Positions 52,276-64,000 of a stretch of 64,000 nucleotides of DNA are shown here, piece by piece. A model generated the notes under the pieces. The model saw only the letters and a program-made list of their open reading frames with translations. It ran no database searches and was not told where the DNA came from. Origin of the DNA: an uncultured delta proteobacterium (GTDB lineage: Bacteria > Desulfobacterota > Binatia > Binatales > Binataceae); the NCBI GenBank assembly GCA_963765675.1, contig CAVXXK010000001.1, forward strand, positions 1,056,001-1,120,000, read 5' to 3'. A program made the translations under genes and the position numbers. The stretch's first letter is position 1, and every line of letters starts with the position of its first letter.

Positions 52276-54583
52276 CTATGACGCAGCGCGGGCCGGCTCC
52301 GGTTGAACGTCTATCGACAGAGCCGGACCTCTTCGGAGATTCGCGTAGGTTTTGAGCGCGGCGATCACGAGTGGAGCGACGCCCAGCACGATGAAGATCA
52401 GATCGCCCGGCAGCCGCGCCCATTCGAGCGAGTGCATCAGGGTGCTGTGCCCGAACGCTTCGCTGCGCGCGTGCCAATATCCGTTCTGCAGCACGTCATA
52501 GAGTTGCAGCACGCCGCCGGGGAATAGATTGGTCACGATCATCAGCACCAGTCCCAAGTTGAGTCCGAAGAACGAAACCCGGATATATTTTTCCGTGTCG
52601 CGCCATTGCTCGTCGGAAGAGACCTGCCGAAAGGCAAAAACCATCAGCGCGACCGCGAGCATCCCGAACACGCCCATAAACGCGGCGTGCGCGTGATTTG
52701 GCGTGAGCATGGTGCCGACCTCGAAGTAGCTGACGATCGGCATGTTGATGAGGAAGCCGAAGACGCCGGCGCCGACGAAATTCCACACTCCGACCGCCAT
52801 CAGGAAGTAAAACGTCCATCGATGCGGCACCGAAATTTCCTCGCCGCAGGTATCGCATCGCCCCTGGGTCAGTGCGATAAAATCCCACGCGTCGAGCGTC
52901 AGCAGCGTCAGCGGGACGACCTCCATCGCGGAGAAAACCGAGCTCAGCGCCATCGCGATCTGTCCCTGACCGGTGAAGTACCAATGATGCCCGGTGCCGA
53001 TGATCCCGGCGCCGAGATAGAGGAGAGCGTCGAGATAGACGACACGCGAGGCGGTCGTGCTCGAGACGATTCCGAGCTGGTAGAAAATGATCGCAACGGC
53101 GCAGGTGACGAATAGCTCGAGAAAGTTCTCGACCCACAGATGGATTATCCAGAATCGCCAGAGATCGACGATCGTGAAGTTGGTCGCGGTGTTGTAGAAG
53201 AACGCGGGCACGTAAAACACCGGAATCGTGACGGCGGCCGCGATAAAAAGCCACGAAAGTTCGCTCGATTCGTGGCCGCTCAGCCGCGGCGCGATCGCGC
53301 GGTAGAGCAGCACCACCCACAGGACCAGGCCTGCCGCGAGCATCATCTGCCACGCGCGTCCGAGGTCCAGGTATTCCCATCCCTGATCGCCGAACCAGCT
53401 CCAGAACCTGCCGAACCACTGATGCACTCCGGCGAATTCGCCGAGCAGGCTCCCGACGACGACCAGCACCAGCGCGGCGAACAGGACATTCACCCACAAA
53501 GCTTGTGCGCGCGGCTCGGCGCCGCCGATGACGGGAGCCAGGAACAGTCCGCCGGCGACGTAGGACGCCGCGATCCAGAAAATCGCGAGTTGCAGATGCC
53601 AGGTGCGCAGAATTTGACTGGGCAAAATCGCCGAGAGATTGATTCCATAGAAGCTGCCCGAGTTCGCGCGGTAGTGCGCAGTGCCGCCGCCGACCAGCGC
53701 CTGAGCAAGGAACAGCAGCGCGATCAGCGCGAAATATTTGATCGTCGCCCGCTGGCTCGGCGTCGTCACGCCGGGGAGCATCCTCGGATGCACATGCCCG
53801 CGTTGCCGCCGCCATCCGAGGAAATCGAAGCGGCCGAATGCGAACAGCACCGCCGCGGTAGCACCGAGCAGCGTGATCACGCTGAGCGCGCTCCATAGCA
53901 CCGCGCCGCTGGTCGGCAGATTGCCGGCCGAAGGATCATAAGGAAAGTTGCTGGTGTACGAGTAATTCAATCCGGGCCGATTCGCGACCGAAGCCCACGC
54001 CGCCCATGCGAAAAACGAGGTCAGCTCGCGCAGTTGCGTCGGGTCGTTGATATAATCGCGCGGAAGGCCGGCGTCCTGCGATGGATTCGTGAAGTAAGCG
54101 GTCCATAGAGCGATCTGATGCTGGTAAGAGGCGGCCTCCGCTTCGGTGAATGTCAGAGTTTTGGTGACGGGATCGTAGCGGTTGCGCTTGAGCATCCGTG
54201 TGACTTCAGCGTTGACGACAAGGCGCTGGCGCGGCGCAAGCTGCGCCGGCATCACGAAGCCGTGACGCTCGGTGATACTCTTTTCAGTGTCGATTGCGAG
54301 CGTGTGCAGGTACTGGGCGGAAAAGTCGGGACCCAGGTATGCGCCGTGTCCCCAGATGGTGCCGTTCTCCATCAATCCGTAGCGCAGAAAGACCTGTTGA
54401 CCGGCAGTGACATCGGCGGCGGTGAACAACACGGCACCGTCCGGACTGACGACGCGTTCAGGAATCGGCGGCGCGTCGGTGTAGGTCAGCTTCGCGAGCC
54501 ATCCGAGCACGCAGAAACACACGACGATCGTGGCGATCGCAGCAGCGTCGCCACCAAGGTGAGAGGGCTTGATCCTCGGGCAT
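52276..54583 (-). CDS. norZ: quinol-dependent nitric oxide reductase (qNOR), indel near 54544
   Basis: GTIWGHGAYLGPDF, HLWVE..LE, GTGHH, NHAH, R.PGD. Probable true start MPEDQALSPWWRR at 54583 behind AAGGAG is out of frame by one base. Confidence 0.92.
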
Positions 54584-54680
54584 CGCAACTCCTTGTTCAC
54601 CGGCGGTCACGAGATACCGAACACCTTTGCGCTCGCACGATCAAGCACGTCGGCGCGGTTTGTAACCCTTTCTCGATAGG

Positions 54681-54813
54681 ACCAGGCATCAGGCGGCCAC
54701 TAAGACACAAAGACACAAAGAAGAAATTATTTGAAAGTGCCCGGGTCCTTATTTTGGAGCCGGTGCTTTCTTCTTGGTGTCCTCGTGTCTTAGTGGCCGC
54801 TTGGTGCCTTGGT
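54681..54813. repeat. ~46-bp imperfect inverted repeat with 8-nt internal periodicity (MITE/REP-like hairpin)
   Basis: GCGGCCACTAAGACACAAAGACACAAAGAAGAAA pairs with TTTCTTCTTGGTGTCCTCGTGTCTTAGTGGCCGC across a 40-nt spacer. Confidence 0.8.
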
Positions 54814-54827
54814 GTTTACCTCAAGTC

Positions 54828-55934
54828 TCAGAACAGGAAGCGGCGCGTGTTGATGCTAATTAGCAGGCCCATCGCACCCATCATCAGGATCAGCGACGAG
54901 CCGCCGTAACTCACCAGCGGCAGTGTGATTCCGACGACCGGCAGCATCCCGGTCGCCATCCCGATATTTATTGCCACCTGCCAGAACACGATCGAGACCA
55001 GGCCGATCGCGAGCAGCGCGCCGAAGCGATCTCGCGCGTGGCGCGCGATCCATGCGCCGCGCAGGATCAGCGCCGCGTACATCGCGAGCAGCGTCAGCGT
55101 GCCGGTCAGCCCGAACTCTTCGGCGAAGACCGCGAAGATAAAATCCGTGCTCTGTTCCGGCAGAAAATTGAGCCGCGCCTGTGTGCCCTTCAGAAATCCC
55201 TTGCCAGTCGGGCCGCCGGCGCCGATCGCGATTTCGCTCTGGATGATGTGATAGCCCGAGCCGAGCGGATCGGCCTGCGGATTGATGAAGCTGACCAGGC
55301 GCTGGCGCTGATATGGCTTCAGGTAATGCCAGCCGAGAGGAGCCGCGCACATCGCCGCTAGCGCTAGCACCACCATCATGCGCCAGTTGAGTCCGCTCAC
55401 GAACACCAGCGTCACGGTGATCAGAACCAGAATCAGCCCAGTCCCGAGGTCTGGTTGCTTGAGCACCAGCACGACCGGAACCGCCAGGAGGAGCGCCGGG
55501 ATGATCATCTGGCGCAGGCTCCAACCCCCCTTGGGCGGCTCCTCGCGAAAATACCGGACCATCGTGAAAACCACCGCGAGCTTCGCGAACTCGGAAGGTT
55601 CGAGATGAAAGAAGCCGAGGTTGATCCAGCGCCGCGAGCCGCCGGTCGAGTGGCCGATCACCTGCACCGCGATCAGCAGAGCGATCGCGATCGCATAGAT
55701 CGGATAGGCATAGGTTTGGAGCGCGCGATAGTCGAACAGCACCGCCGCGATCAGGATTACGACGCCGACCGCGATCCAGATCATCTGCCGAATGACCAGT
55801 GGATCGAGATGCTTGTGCGGACCGGCGTACGACGCGCTCATCACACTCAAGAGCCCGATCACGGCCAGCGCGATCACCAGCCAGAAGACGGTCCAATCGA
55901 AATGCAGAACCAGACGGCGATCGATCGCGGCCAC
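54828..55934 (-). CDS. rodA: rod shape-determining protein RodA
   Basis: RWI, PSEFAK, QPDLGT, GYHIIQS, LPEQSTDFIF, LPLVSYGGSS. Confidence 0.97.
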   Translation of the reverse strand: MAAIDRRLVLHFDWTVFWLVIALAVIGLLSVMSASYAGPHKHLDPLVIRQMIWIAVGVVILIAAVLFDYRALQTYAYPIYAIAIALLIAVQVIGHSTGGSRRWINLGFFHLEPSEFAKLAVVFTMVRYFREEPPKGGWSLRQMIIPALLLAVPVVLVLKQPDLGTGLILVLITVTLVFVSGLNWRMMVVLALAAMCAAPLGWHYLKPYQRQRLVSFINPQADPLGSGYHIIQSEIAIGAGGPTGKGFLKGTQARLNFLPEQSTDFIFAVFAEEFGLTGTLTLLAMYAALILRGAWIARHARDRFGALLAIGLVSIVFWQVAINIGMATGMLPVVGITLPLVSYGGSSLILMMGAMGLLISINTRRFLF

Positions 55935-55938
55935 GGGT

Positions 55939-57867
55939 CTAGCGTTCGCCGCCGTCGGAATCGTCGTCCAACACGCGCGCGATTGCGGTCTTGGGCGCGG
56001 AATCGTCGTCGCGCGTCAGGTCGGGTGCGGCGGGCGGCGGATAGAGTTGAAAGAAACGTTTCATCACCGCCGCGACTTCCGGCGCGGCCGCGCTGCCGCC
56101 GTGGCCTCCATGCTCGACCAGGCAGGCGATCGCGATCTGCGGATGCTCCTTGGGCGCGAACGCGATGAACCATGCGTTGTCGCGGTATTTCTCGGGCATC
56201 TTGGATTCGTCTTCGCCCGCGGTCAGGCTGCCCTTGTCGCCGACGACCTGCGCGGTTCCGCTCTTGCCGCACACCGTGATTCCGTCCAGGGCAGCCTTGT
56301 GTCCCGTGCCGCCGGGGCCGTTTACCACGTCGGCCATCGCGTCCTTCACTATCTCGAGATTATCCGGCGAGATCGGTACGCGCTCTTCAACGACCGGCGG
56401 GTAGGCCCTTGCGACTCCGCCGTCGAGTCCTTCGACTTCCTTGACGAACTGCGGGCGATAGCGCGTGCCGCCGTTGGCGACCTCTGCCGCAAGCTGTGCA
56501 AGTTGGAGCGGAGTTGCGGCGACATAACCCTGCCCGATCGCGACCGAGAGCGTCTCGGCGGGGTACCATCGCTCGTGATAGCGTTTTTCCTTCCACGCCG
56601 ACGAGGGCATCAGGCCGGGTTTTTCATTGTCCAATCCGATGCCGGATTTCACGCCGAATCCGAGCAGTTTGGCCCAATGCGCGAGCTTGTCGATTCCGAG
56701 ATGCTCGCCGACTTCATAAAAATAGACGTCGCACGAACGCACGATCGCGTTATGCAGTCCGATTTCGCCGTGACCCTGTTTACGCCAGCAATGATATTCG
56801 CGGCCGCCAAACCATAGCCCGCCCGGACAATCATAAACCGTGTCTTCGGTGAGGGTGCCTTCCTGAAGGCCCGCGATTGAATCGACAATCTTGAAGGTTG
56901 AGCCCGGCGCGTAAGTTCCCTGGATTGCACGATCTTCGAGTGGATGATCCGGGTCGGTCATCAGCGCGCGCCACTCCGCGGGCTTGACTCCGGCGCCGAA
57001 GACGTCGGGATCGAACGCCGGATGTGAAACCATCGCGATGATGTCGCCGTTATTTGGATCGATCGCGACCATCGCGCCGTTCTTGCCCTGCATTGCCTGC
57101 TCCGCCGCCTGCTGCACGTCAAGGTCGATAGACAGGACGACGCTGTCTCCGGGAGTGTCGGGGATCTCCTTGAGTACCCGCAGCCGCCGACCGACCGCGT
57201 CGACCTCCACCTCCTGGCCTCCCGCTTCGCCGCGCAGATACGGTTCCCATCCGCGCTCGAGGCCAAATTTGCCGATCTCGTCGCCCATGTGATACGCAGT
57301 GAGCCGCCGCAGATCATCAACACTGACCTCGCCGACGTAACCGAGCAGATGCGCTGCCAGCTCGCCGTACAGGTAATGGCGTCCGGGTGTGATTTCCAGG
57401 CTGACACCCGGAAGCTCGAGCTGATGGGTTTCGAGCGCGACGACTTGTTGCCAATCCAGGCGCTCGGCGACGATCACCGGTTCGTAGGGCGGCCGGCCTT
57501 CCTCCTCGGCGGAGGCGATCTTGTCGGCTACATCAGTCACGCCTAGATAGTGCTCGAGCTTCTCGATCGTGGCGGACAGATTGTCCGAGTCTTCGGGCAC
57601 CATCTCGGCATCAAAGGTCGGGCGCGTATCGACCAGCGGGCGATGACGCCGGTCGAAGACCAGTCCGCGCGGAGCGGGCACACGCCGGATTCGGATCCGG
57701 TTGCGATCGGCCAGTTCGGCCATCTCCGAATGATGAATCACCTGCAGGTAGTAAAGGCGCGCGCCGACGACCGCGAAGACCAGCGCCATCAGGGCGGTCA
57801 ACACGGCGACCCGGGGCTCAAGCTTCGGGATCGGACGATTTCGGGTTTTGGGGCGGAACTTCGCCAC
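55939..57867 (-). CDS. mrdA: penicillin-binding protein 2
   Basis: PRG...DR, PGSTFK, SCDVYFY, KSGTAQ. Confidence 0.96.
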   Translation of the reverse strand: MAKFRPKTRNRPIPKLEPRVAVLTALMALVFAVVGARLYYLQVIHHSEMAELADRNRIRIRRVPAPRGLVFDRRHRPLVDTRPTFDAEMVPEDSDNLSATIEKLEHYLGVTDVADKIASAEEEGRPPYEPVIVAERLDWQQVVALETHQLELPGVSLEITPGRHYLYGELAAHLLGYVGEVSVDDLRRLTAYHMGDEIGKFGLERGWEPYLRGEAGGQEVEVDAVGRRLRVLKEIPDTPGDSVVLSIDLDVQQAAEQAMQGKNGAMVAIDPNNGDIIAMVSHPAFDPDVFGAGVKPAEWRALMTDPDHPLEDRAIQGTYAPGSTFKIVDSIAGLQEGTLTEDTVYDCPGGLWFGGREYHCWRKQGHGEIGLHNAIVRSCDVYFYEVGEHLGIDKLAHWAKLLGFGVKSGIGLDNEKPGLMPSSAWKEKRYHERWYPAETLSVAIGQGYVAATPLQLAQLAAEVANGGTRYRPQFVKEVEGLDGGVARAYPPVVEERVPISPDNLEIVKDAMADVVNGPGGTGHKAALDGITVCGKSGTAQVVGDKGSLTAGEDESKMPEKYRDNAWFIAFAPKEHPQIAIACLVEHGGHGGSAAAPEVAAVMKRFFQLYPPPAAPDLTRDDDSAPKTAIARVLDDDSDGGER

Positions 57868-57891
57868 TGAAGGGTTCCTGTCTATATCTAT

Positions 57892-58398
57892 CTATTCACG
57901 CGCGAGCGCGACAGGCAATCCGGCGATTCGTTTGAGCAATGCGACAAGCCCAAACACCAACGGTGCAACGATCGCTGAAATGGCAGCCTGCGTCGCAATT
58001 CCCGGCAGCATCGGGCCGACAGCCGCGAGCCCGGCGGCGCCGTCGGCGAGCAGAAGCGCTCCAATCGAGGTGACGATCACGCCCAGAAAGACAAACGTCG
58101 CGCCGACCGCCGCGTTGGTTACCAGCAGCCGGCTCGAAATTTCGTAGGTCAACAAAAAGACCATCGTGATCAGGAACGCATTGACGCCGAGCGTCGAGCC
58201 GGAAAACGCATCGGTCGCATAACCCATCCCAAAGGCCAGAATTGCCGGAACCACGCCGTGATTGCGCAGGCCCAAGTCCACCGCGAGGATTACGATCAGG
58301 TTTGGAATCAGGATCCGGGTCTGGATCCAATAGGGCACCGAGGTCTCAATGGCGAGCGCGAGATAGGTTAAAGTCGCGAACAGGATCACCAGCCGCAC
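57892..58398 (-). CDS. mreD: rod shape-determining protein MreD
   Basis: Polytopic membrane protein with G...D.FSG motif, between mreC and mrdA. Confidence 0.88.
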   Translation of the reverse strand: MRLVILFATLTYLALAIETSVPYWIQTRILIPNLIVILAVDLGLRNHGVVPAILAFGMGYATDAFSGSTLGVNAFLITMVFLLTYEISSRLLVTNAAVGATFVFLGVIVTSIGALLLADGAAGLAAVGPMLPGIATQAAISAIVAPLVFGLVALLKRIAGLPVALARE

Positions 58399-58403
58399 GC
58401 CGG

Positions 58404-59285
58404 TCAGCCTCGAATGTCGGGCGGCGCGGGAGGTGCCTGCTGGGTGACGATCAGCACCTGTTCGAGCGCGTGGAAATCGACCGCAGGACGCACCTGCACC
58501 AGAAGAAACAGGCCGGGGCCTTCGCGATGGACGCTCGCGACGGTGCCGACCAGGAGTCCGCGCGGAAAAATTCCATCGAGTCCCGAGGTCACGATCGTGT
58601 CGCCCGGTTTTAGATCCTCCGAGCGATCGACGTATTTCATGATGATACCGTCATCGACCACGCCCGCAACAATCCCCCGCGCGCGCGAGCGCTCGTCGAA
58701 GCCGTCAAGGGCGGAGTTATGATCGTCGATAAGCAGCACGCGCGCGGCGTTCTGGCTGGTATCGATAATCCGGCCGACGACGCCGCGGTTCGACAACACC
58801 GCCATCCCGGGCCGCAGCCCGCTCGACGATCCCTGGCCGAGCACGAGGGTATGCGCAAGTCCGGTCGCGTCGCTGCCGATTACGCTGGCGGCAACCGCGT
58901 CTAGTCCGAGCGCGTCGCGGAGTTCGAGCAGGCTGGCGAGGTGCTGATTTTCCGTCTCGAGTTCGGTGATCTGCGTGCCTTCGCCCTTAAGCTCGGCGAT
59001 CTGCGCGCGCAGCCGCTTATTCTCTTCACGCACGCCGACCAGGTCCAGATAGTTGTGTACGATTGCCGACGCGCCGTCGCCCAGCCGCGCCGTGGCAGCC
59101 TGCACTGGGCGCATAATTTCGAGCATCGCGAAGGCGGGCGCCGCCGCGTAATCGGCGCGGCTCAAGCCTCCCGTCAGCAGATGCAGCGAAATCAAAAGCA
59201 ACGCGCCGGCGGTCAGCACCACGCGGTTGCGCCACAAAAATGTACCCGTGATTTTGCCCCGAGCCGCAGGCACACTCTGCCTCAT
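58404..59285 (-). CDS. mreC: rod shape-determining protein MreC
   Basis: EN..L coiled coil, GVVGRI, VTSGLDGIFPRG. Confidence 0.95.
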   Translation of the reverse strand: MRQSVPAARGKITGTFLWRNRVVLTAGALLLISLHLLTGGLSRADYAAAPAFAMLEIMRPVQAATARLGDGASAIVHNYLDLVGVREENKRLRAQIAELKGEGTQITELETENQHLASLLELRDALGLDAVAASVIGSDATGLAHTLVLGQGSSSGLRPGMAVLSNRGVVGRIIDTSQNAARVLLIDDHNSALDGFDERSRARGIVAGVVDDGIIMKYVDRSEDLKPGDTIVTSGLDGIFPRGLLVGTVASVHREGPGLFLLVQVRPAVDFHALEQVLIVTQQAPPAPPDIRG

Positions 59286-59303
59286 CGCGGGACGCGCGAA
59301 CGC

Positions 59304-60395
<1,092 letters not shown>

Positions 60396-60592
60396 TTATC
60401 GAATCTTCGTCGCTTAGGTATCCCTTGGACGAAGCCGAAGTTGCTCAGGATAAAGACCTGGATCAGGGGGAGAAACCGGCTCCTCGTCCACCCATCCTCT
60501 GGGCGATGAAGCTAACAGATGGCCGACGGGTGGAGCAAGCGAGTGCCCTCCAATTGCGCGCCGAAAGGCCGCTTGGATATGATTGGGGCGCC

Positions 60593-62512
60593 ATGCTCGA
60601 TTTGATGCGCCGCCACGCCTACTCGTGGGTAACGCGGACAATACTAATTCTGATCACTATTATCTTCGGCTTCTGGGGAATCGGCACCGGGTTCTTCGCC
60701 CAGGTTCATCCGGTGGCAACCGTGAACGGCAACCGGATTCTTGCGGTCGAGGTGGATAAGGAATCCCAGCAACTGCAGGAGCTCATCCAGCAGATGTACG
60801 GCGCGAATGCCGCCGCGGTGATAAAGAACATGAACATGCGCCAGGAGGCGCTCGACCGGATTATCGAGAACCGGCTCATCGCCACCGAGGCGCGGCATCT
60901 CGGACTGCATGTGAGCGACGCCGAGCTGCAGCAGAAGATCGCGACCCTGCCGGGGTTTCAGTCAAACGGCCAGTTCGATTTTGATCAATACCAGGAAGTC
61001 CTGCGCGAGCGCGGGATGATGCCGGCCGAGTTCGAGTCCTCGATGCGCACGGAGATGACGCAGGACACGCTTCAGCAGATGGTCGATCAAGGTGTGCAGG
61101 CAAGCGATCGCGAAGTCCGCCACGCATTCAACCTGCGCAACCAGAAGGTCGGGCTGGCTTACGTCGAGTTTCCGTGGAACGACTTCACCGCCTCGATAAA
61201 TCCAACCGACAAGCAGGTCGCGGATTTCTACAACGCCCACGTCCAGGACTTCCGCGAACCCGAGCGCGTCCAGATCATGTTCATTCACTACGAACCGCTC
61301 ACGCTCGCAGCTAAGTTCACGCCCTCAGATAAAGACATTGAGTACTACTACAAGACCAATCTGAAGAGCCATTTCACGCATCCCGACACGGTTCACGCCC
61401 AGCACATCCTGGTCGCCGTTCCGGAACACGCAACCGACAAGGAAAATGCGGCGGCCAAGGCGAAGGCCGAAGACATCCTGAAGCAGGCGCAAGCCAAGGG
61501 CGCGGATTTCGACAAACTCGCCGAGAAGTATTCCGATGATCCCTCGAACAAGGATCATGGCGGCGATTTGGGCTCGTTTGGACGCGGTCAGATGATCAAG
61601 CCGTTCGAAGATGCCGTGTTCTCGATGAAGCCCGGCGAGATTCGCATCGTCGAGACCAAGTTCGGTTACCACGTGGTCAAGCTCGAATCGTTCACGCCCG
61701 CGCATACCGACACTCTCGCCGAAGCGCGGCCCAAGATTATCAGCGACCTGCGCCAGCAGACCGGAACCCGGCTCGCGCGCCAGGCGATCGACGAAGACTT
61801 GACCGCCGCCCTCGGTGGTGCCGATTTGGCGGACCTCGCGAAGAAACGCGGAATCGACGCGGTCATGTCGACGCCCTTCGCCAAGGGCGAGTCGATAGCG
61901 GGTGTCGGCCAGGATTCGAAGCTCACCGACGCGGCGCTCGCGCTCGACAAGGGACAGGTTCGCGCGGTTCCCGAACAGGACGCGCCCTACCTTATCAAGG
62001 TGATCAACAAAACGCCCTCGCATGTTCCTCCGCTGAAGGATATCGCCTCGACCGTGCGACAAGCCTATATCCGGGCATACGCGGAAATTGCGGCGCACCA
62101 TCAGGCTCAGAAGCTGATGGCGCAGATAAAGACGCCCGCCGATTTGCAGAAAGTCGCGACCGCCAACAAGCTCACGATTCATAATGTCGATCCCTTCGAG
62201 CGCGCGAGCCATGCGATATCCGGAATCGGCCAGTTTCCAGAAGTCACCGACGCCGCTGGAATTGTTGCGACCGTCCCAGGGTTGATTCCGAACGTGATGG
62301 AACAGGACGGCAACGCCTTTATCTTCGAAGTAACCTCGCGCTCCGATCCCGACGATGAGCAATGGGAGAGCGCGAAGCAGGAGTTCACCGATAATTACCT
62401 CGCGCAGCGCAGAGCGCAGGTCTGGAACCAGTTCCTCGACCAGCTGCGCGCCCAGGCCAATATCGTGATTCATGCCGACGAACTGGGTGCCTCGTCCGAT
62501 TCCGGGATGTAG
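60593..62512 (+). CDS. ppiD: PpiD / SurA-N parvulin chaperone
   Basis: MLDLMR N-terminal anchor, SurA-N domain, HIL...F..LA.KYS.D..GGDLG.F...T.FGYH. Confidence 0.9.
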   Translation: MLDLMRRHAYSWVTRTILILITIIFGFWGIGTGFFAQVHPVATVNGNRILAVEVDKESQQLQELIQQMYGANAAAVIKNMNMRQEALDRIIENRLIATEARHLGLHVSDAELQQKIATLPGFQSNGQFDFDQYQEVLRERGMMPAEFESSMRTEMTQDTLQQMVDQGVQASDREVRHAFNLRNQKVGLAYVEFPWNDFTASINPTDKQVADFYNAHVQDFREPERVQIMFIHYEPLTLAAKFTPSDKDIEYYYKTNLKSHFTHPDTVHAQHILVAVPEHATDKENAAAKAKAEDILKQAQAKGADFDKLAEKYSDDPSNKDHGGDLGSFGRGQMIKPFEDAVFSMKPGEIRIVETKFGYHVVKLESFTPAHTDTLAEARPKIISDLRQQTGTRLARQAIDEDLTAALGGADLADLAKKRGIDAVMSTPFAKGESIAGVGQDSKLTDAALALDKGQVRAVPEQDAPYLIKVINKTPSHVPPLKDIASTVRQAYIRAYAEIAAHHQAQKLMAQIKTPADLQKVATANKLTIHNVDPFERASHAISGIGQFPEVTDAAGIVATVPGLIPNVMEQDGNAFIFEVTSRSDPDDEQWESAKQEFTDNYLAQRRAQVWNQFLDQLRAQANIVIHADELGASSDSGM

Positions 62513-62533
62513 CGCGGCGTGAGGGCCGCATCG

Positions 62534-63436
62534 ATGCGAAACGAAACGGTGATCGACTCTTCCGGGCGGAATCCTTCGGACGCTTCCGGGATGAAATCTT
62601 CTGACGACGAACCTCCGTCGCAGATTGCGCACGGTCGTCCTGCCGCAGGAGTTGACAAGCGCGAGTTCTTTTTCCCCGGTCAAGGATTGAGCGCACTGCT
62701 GATCCACGGACTGACCGGCACTCCGTATGAAATGCGATGGCTGGGCGAGCGGATGGCGGCGGCTGGAATCCGCGTACGCGGCGTCCGTCTTGCCGGACAC
62801 GCGGGCGCGCCCGAAGAGCTGGGTGCCGCGAACTACGACAACTGGTACGAAAGCGTAGTGCGGGGTTTCGAGGATCTGCGCCAGTACGGCGACCCGAATA
62901 TCGTGGTAGGCCTGTCGGCAGGCGCGGTCTTGGCCGCGCGGCTGGCGATAGACCAGCGCGAGGCGGTGGCGGGAATCGCGATGCTGGCGCCGGCATTTTA
63001 TCTGCCGCGCTCGACGATGCTGCTGCTCAGGATGGTGCAGAAGCTCGGTCGCTTCTCGCGCCAGCTATATCTTAACAGCCCTGGCGACTCCGATATCCAC
63101 GACGCGGCCGCGCGCCGGATTCATCCGACCACCCATCTGTTCCCGATCCTGGCGCCGATCAATCTACTCGATATGTCGAAGATCGTGCGCCGCCGCCTTC
63201 AGCGCATAACTCAGCCCGCACTCGTGATCCATTCGCGGCTCGATCACACCTGTCCGTTCGAGCGCAACGTGAAGTTCGTGATGAAGCATCTCGGCAGCGC
63301 GGAGAAACGCTGCGTCGTTCTGGAAGAGAGCTACCACGTAATTACGGTCGATACCGAAAAGGAGCGGGTTGCGGACGAGGTGCTGAACTTTGCCGCGCAG
63401 TTCCGCCAGCAAGCGCCCAAAGCGGCCAGCGGATGA
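62534..63436 (+). CDS. alpha/beta-fold carboxylesterase (start uncertain)
   Basis: IHGLTG, GLSAG nucleophile elbow, D and SYH triad residues. Confidence 0.88.
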   Translation: MRNETVIDSSGRNPSDASGMKSSDDEPPSQIAHGRPAAGVDKREFFFPGQGLSALLIHGLTGTPYEMRWLGERMAAAGIRVRGVRLAGHAGAPEELGAANYDNWYESVVRGFEDLRQYGDPNIVVGLSAGAVLAARLAIDQREAVAGIAMLAPAFYLPRSTMLLLRMVQKLGRFSRQLYLNSPGDSDIHDAAARRIHPTTHLFPILAPINLLDMSKIVRRRLQRITQPALVIHSRLDHTCPFERNVKFVMKHLGSAEKRCVVLEESYHVITVDTEKERVADEVLNFAAQFRQQAPKAASG

Positions 63437-63442
63437 TCGAGG

Positions 63443-63766
63443 CTACTGGCGCGCGGAATCGTAGAATTCTTCGAGCAGGTATTTCACGTCGGGGCGCCCC
63501 AGCACCTCGACGAAGCAGATCTCGTTGCGATCGTTTAAATCGATGATGAGCTGCCCTTCCATCGAGGCAAGCTCGACGTAGTTGGCGACCTTCACTTCCG
63601 GCGCCGTCGCAAAGCTCGCACAATTCTCGTCGCCGCAGTCGCATACCGACTCGATCGTGAGCGCGCGCAGGGGCGCTTCGAGCGGATCGGCACCCTGCTG
63701 CTTGAGCAGAAACACCATCTCCTCGAGCAGATCGGGAAGCACGTCATTCAGCATCGGTCCGGGCAT
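63443..63766 (-). CDS. hypothetical protein with CDCGDENC motif
   Basis: Acidic 107 aa ORF from MPGPML; Cys cluster; convergent with the esterase. Confidence 0.7.
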   Translation of the reverse strand: MPGPMLNDVLPDLLEEMVFLLKQQGADPLEAPLRALTIESVCDCGDENCASFATAPEVKVANYVELASMEGQLIIDLNDRNEICFVEVLGRPDVKYLLEEFYDSARQ

Positions 63767-63854
63767 AACGTCCAAGCCTAGTCGATCCGCCTCGCCGATC
63801 AAATCCCGGCGCGCGCGGGTGATGTGCCGGATCAATTGATGATAAGTTAGGGCA

Positions 63855-64000
63855 ATGGCAGACGCACTCGATGACGTTCTGGTGGTGACCACCAACGACG
63901 TGCCGGGTTACGAGATAGTTTCGGTGTACGGCGAGGTTTTCGGGCTGATCGTGCGCGCCCGCAACGTGTTCTCGAACGTCGGCGCGAGCCTGCGCACACT
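63855..64000 (+). CDS. YbjQ/UPF0145 family protein, partial
   Basis: Not in ORF track: MADALDDVLVVTTNDVPGYEIVSVYGEVFGLIVRARNVFSNVGASLR. Confidence 0.88.
   Translation, partial: MADALDDVLVVTTNDVPGYEIVSVYGEVFGLIVRARNVFSNVGASLRT

Overview
GC-rich bacterial chromosomal window; gene content looks deltaproteobacterial/Binatota-like, but that is a weak inference. Left to right: N-terminus of a large NAD-glutamate dehydrogenase, rlmD, Rieske/FAH/MEMO genes, a kdp operon, boxBC with a GH5 glycosidase, a truncated pentaheme cytochrome c, two tandem integrative elements at tRNA-Val(CAC), two VapBC pairs, pcnB, ilvE, amtB, a three-gene AT-rich insert, qNOR and the mreBCD-mrdA-rodA/ppiD block. The kdp operon has two small unannotated membrane peptides, a sigma54 promoter, a kinase-less KdpD fragment and a KinB/AlgB-like two-component pair instead of KdpE. 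The younger tRNA element is a ~7.6 kb satellite-like island bounded by a 45-bp att repeat; the older one is a remnant. The best candidate for an undescribed system is the AT-rich operon at 48.9-50.85 kb: a TIGR04255-like protein, an NWDGYGA-motif protein and a frameshift-hidden ART/RES-like putative toxin, possibly a toxin-antitoxin-sensor anti-phage module. Many single-base indels, several in homopolymers, break conserved genes and suggest long-read errors, so pseudogene calls need read-level checking. All family calls come from motif recognition, not database searches.
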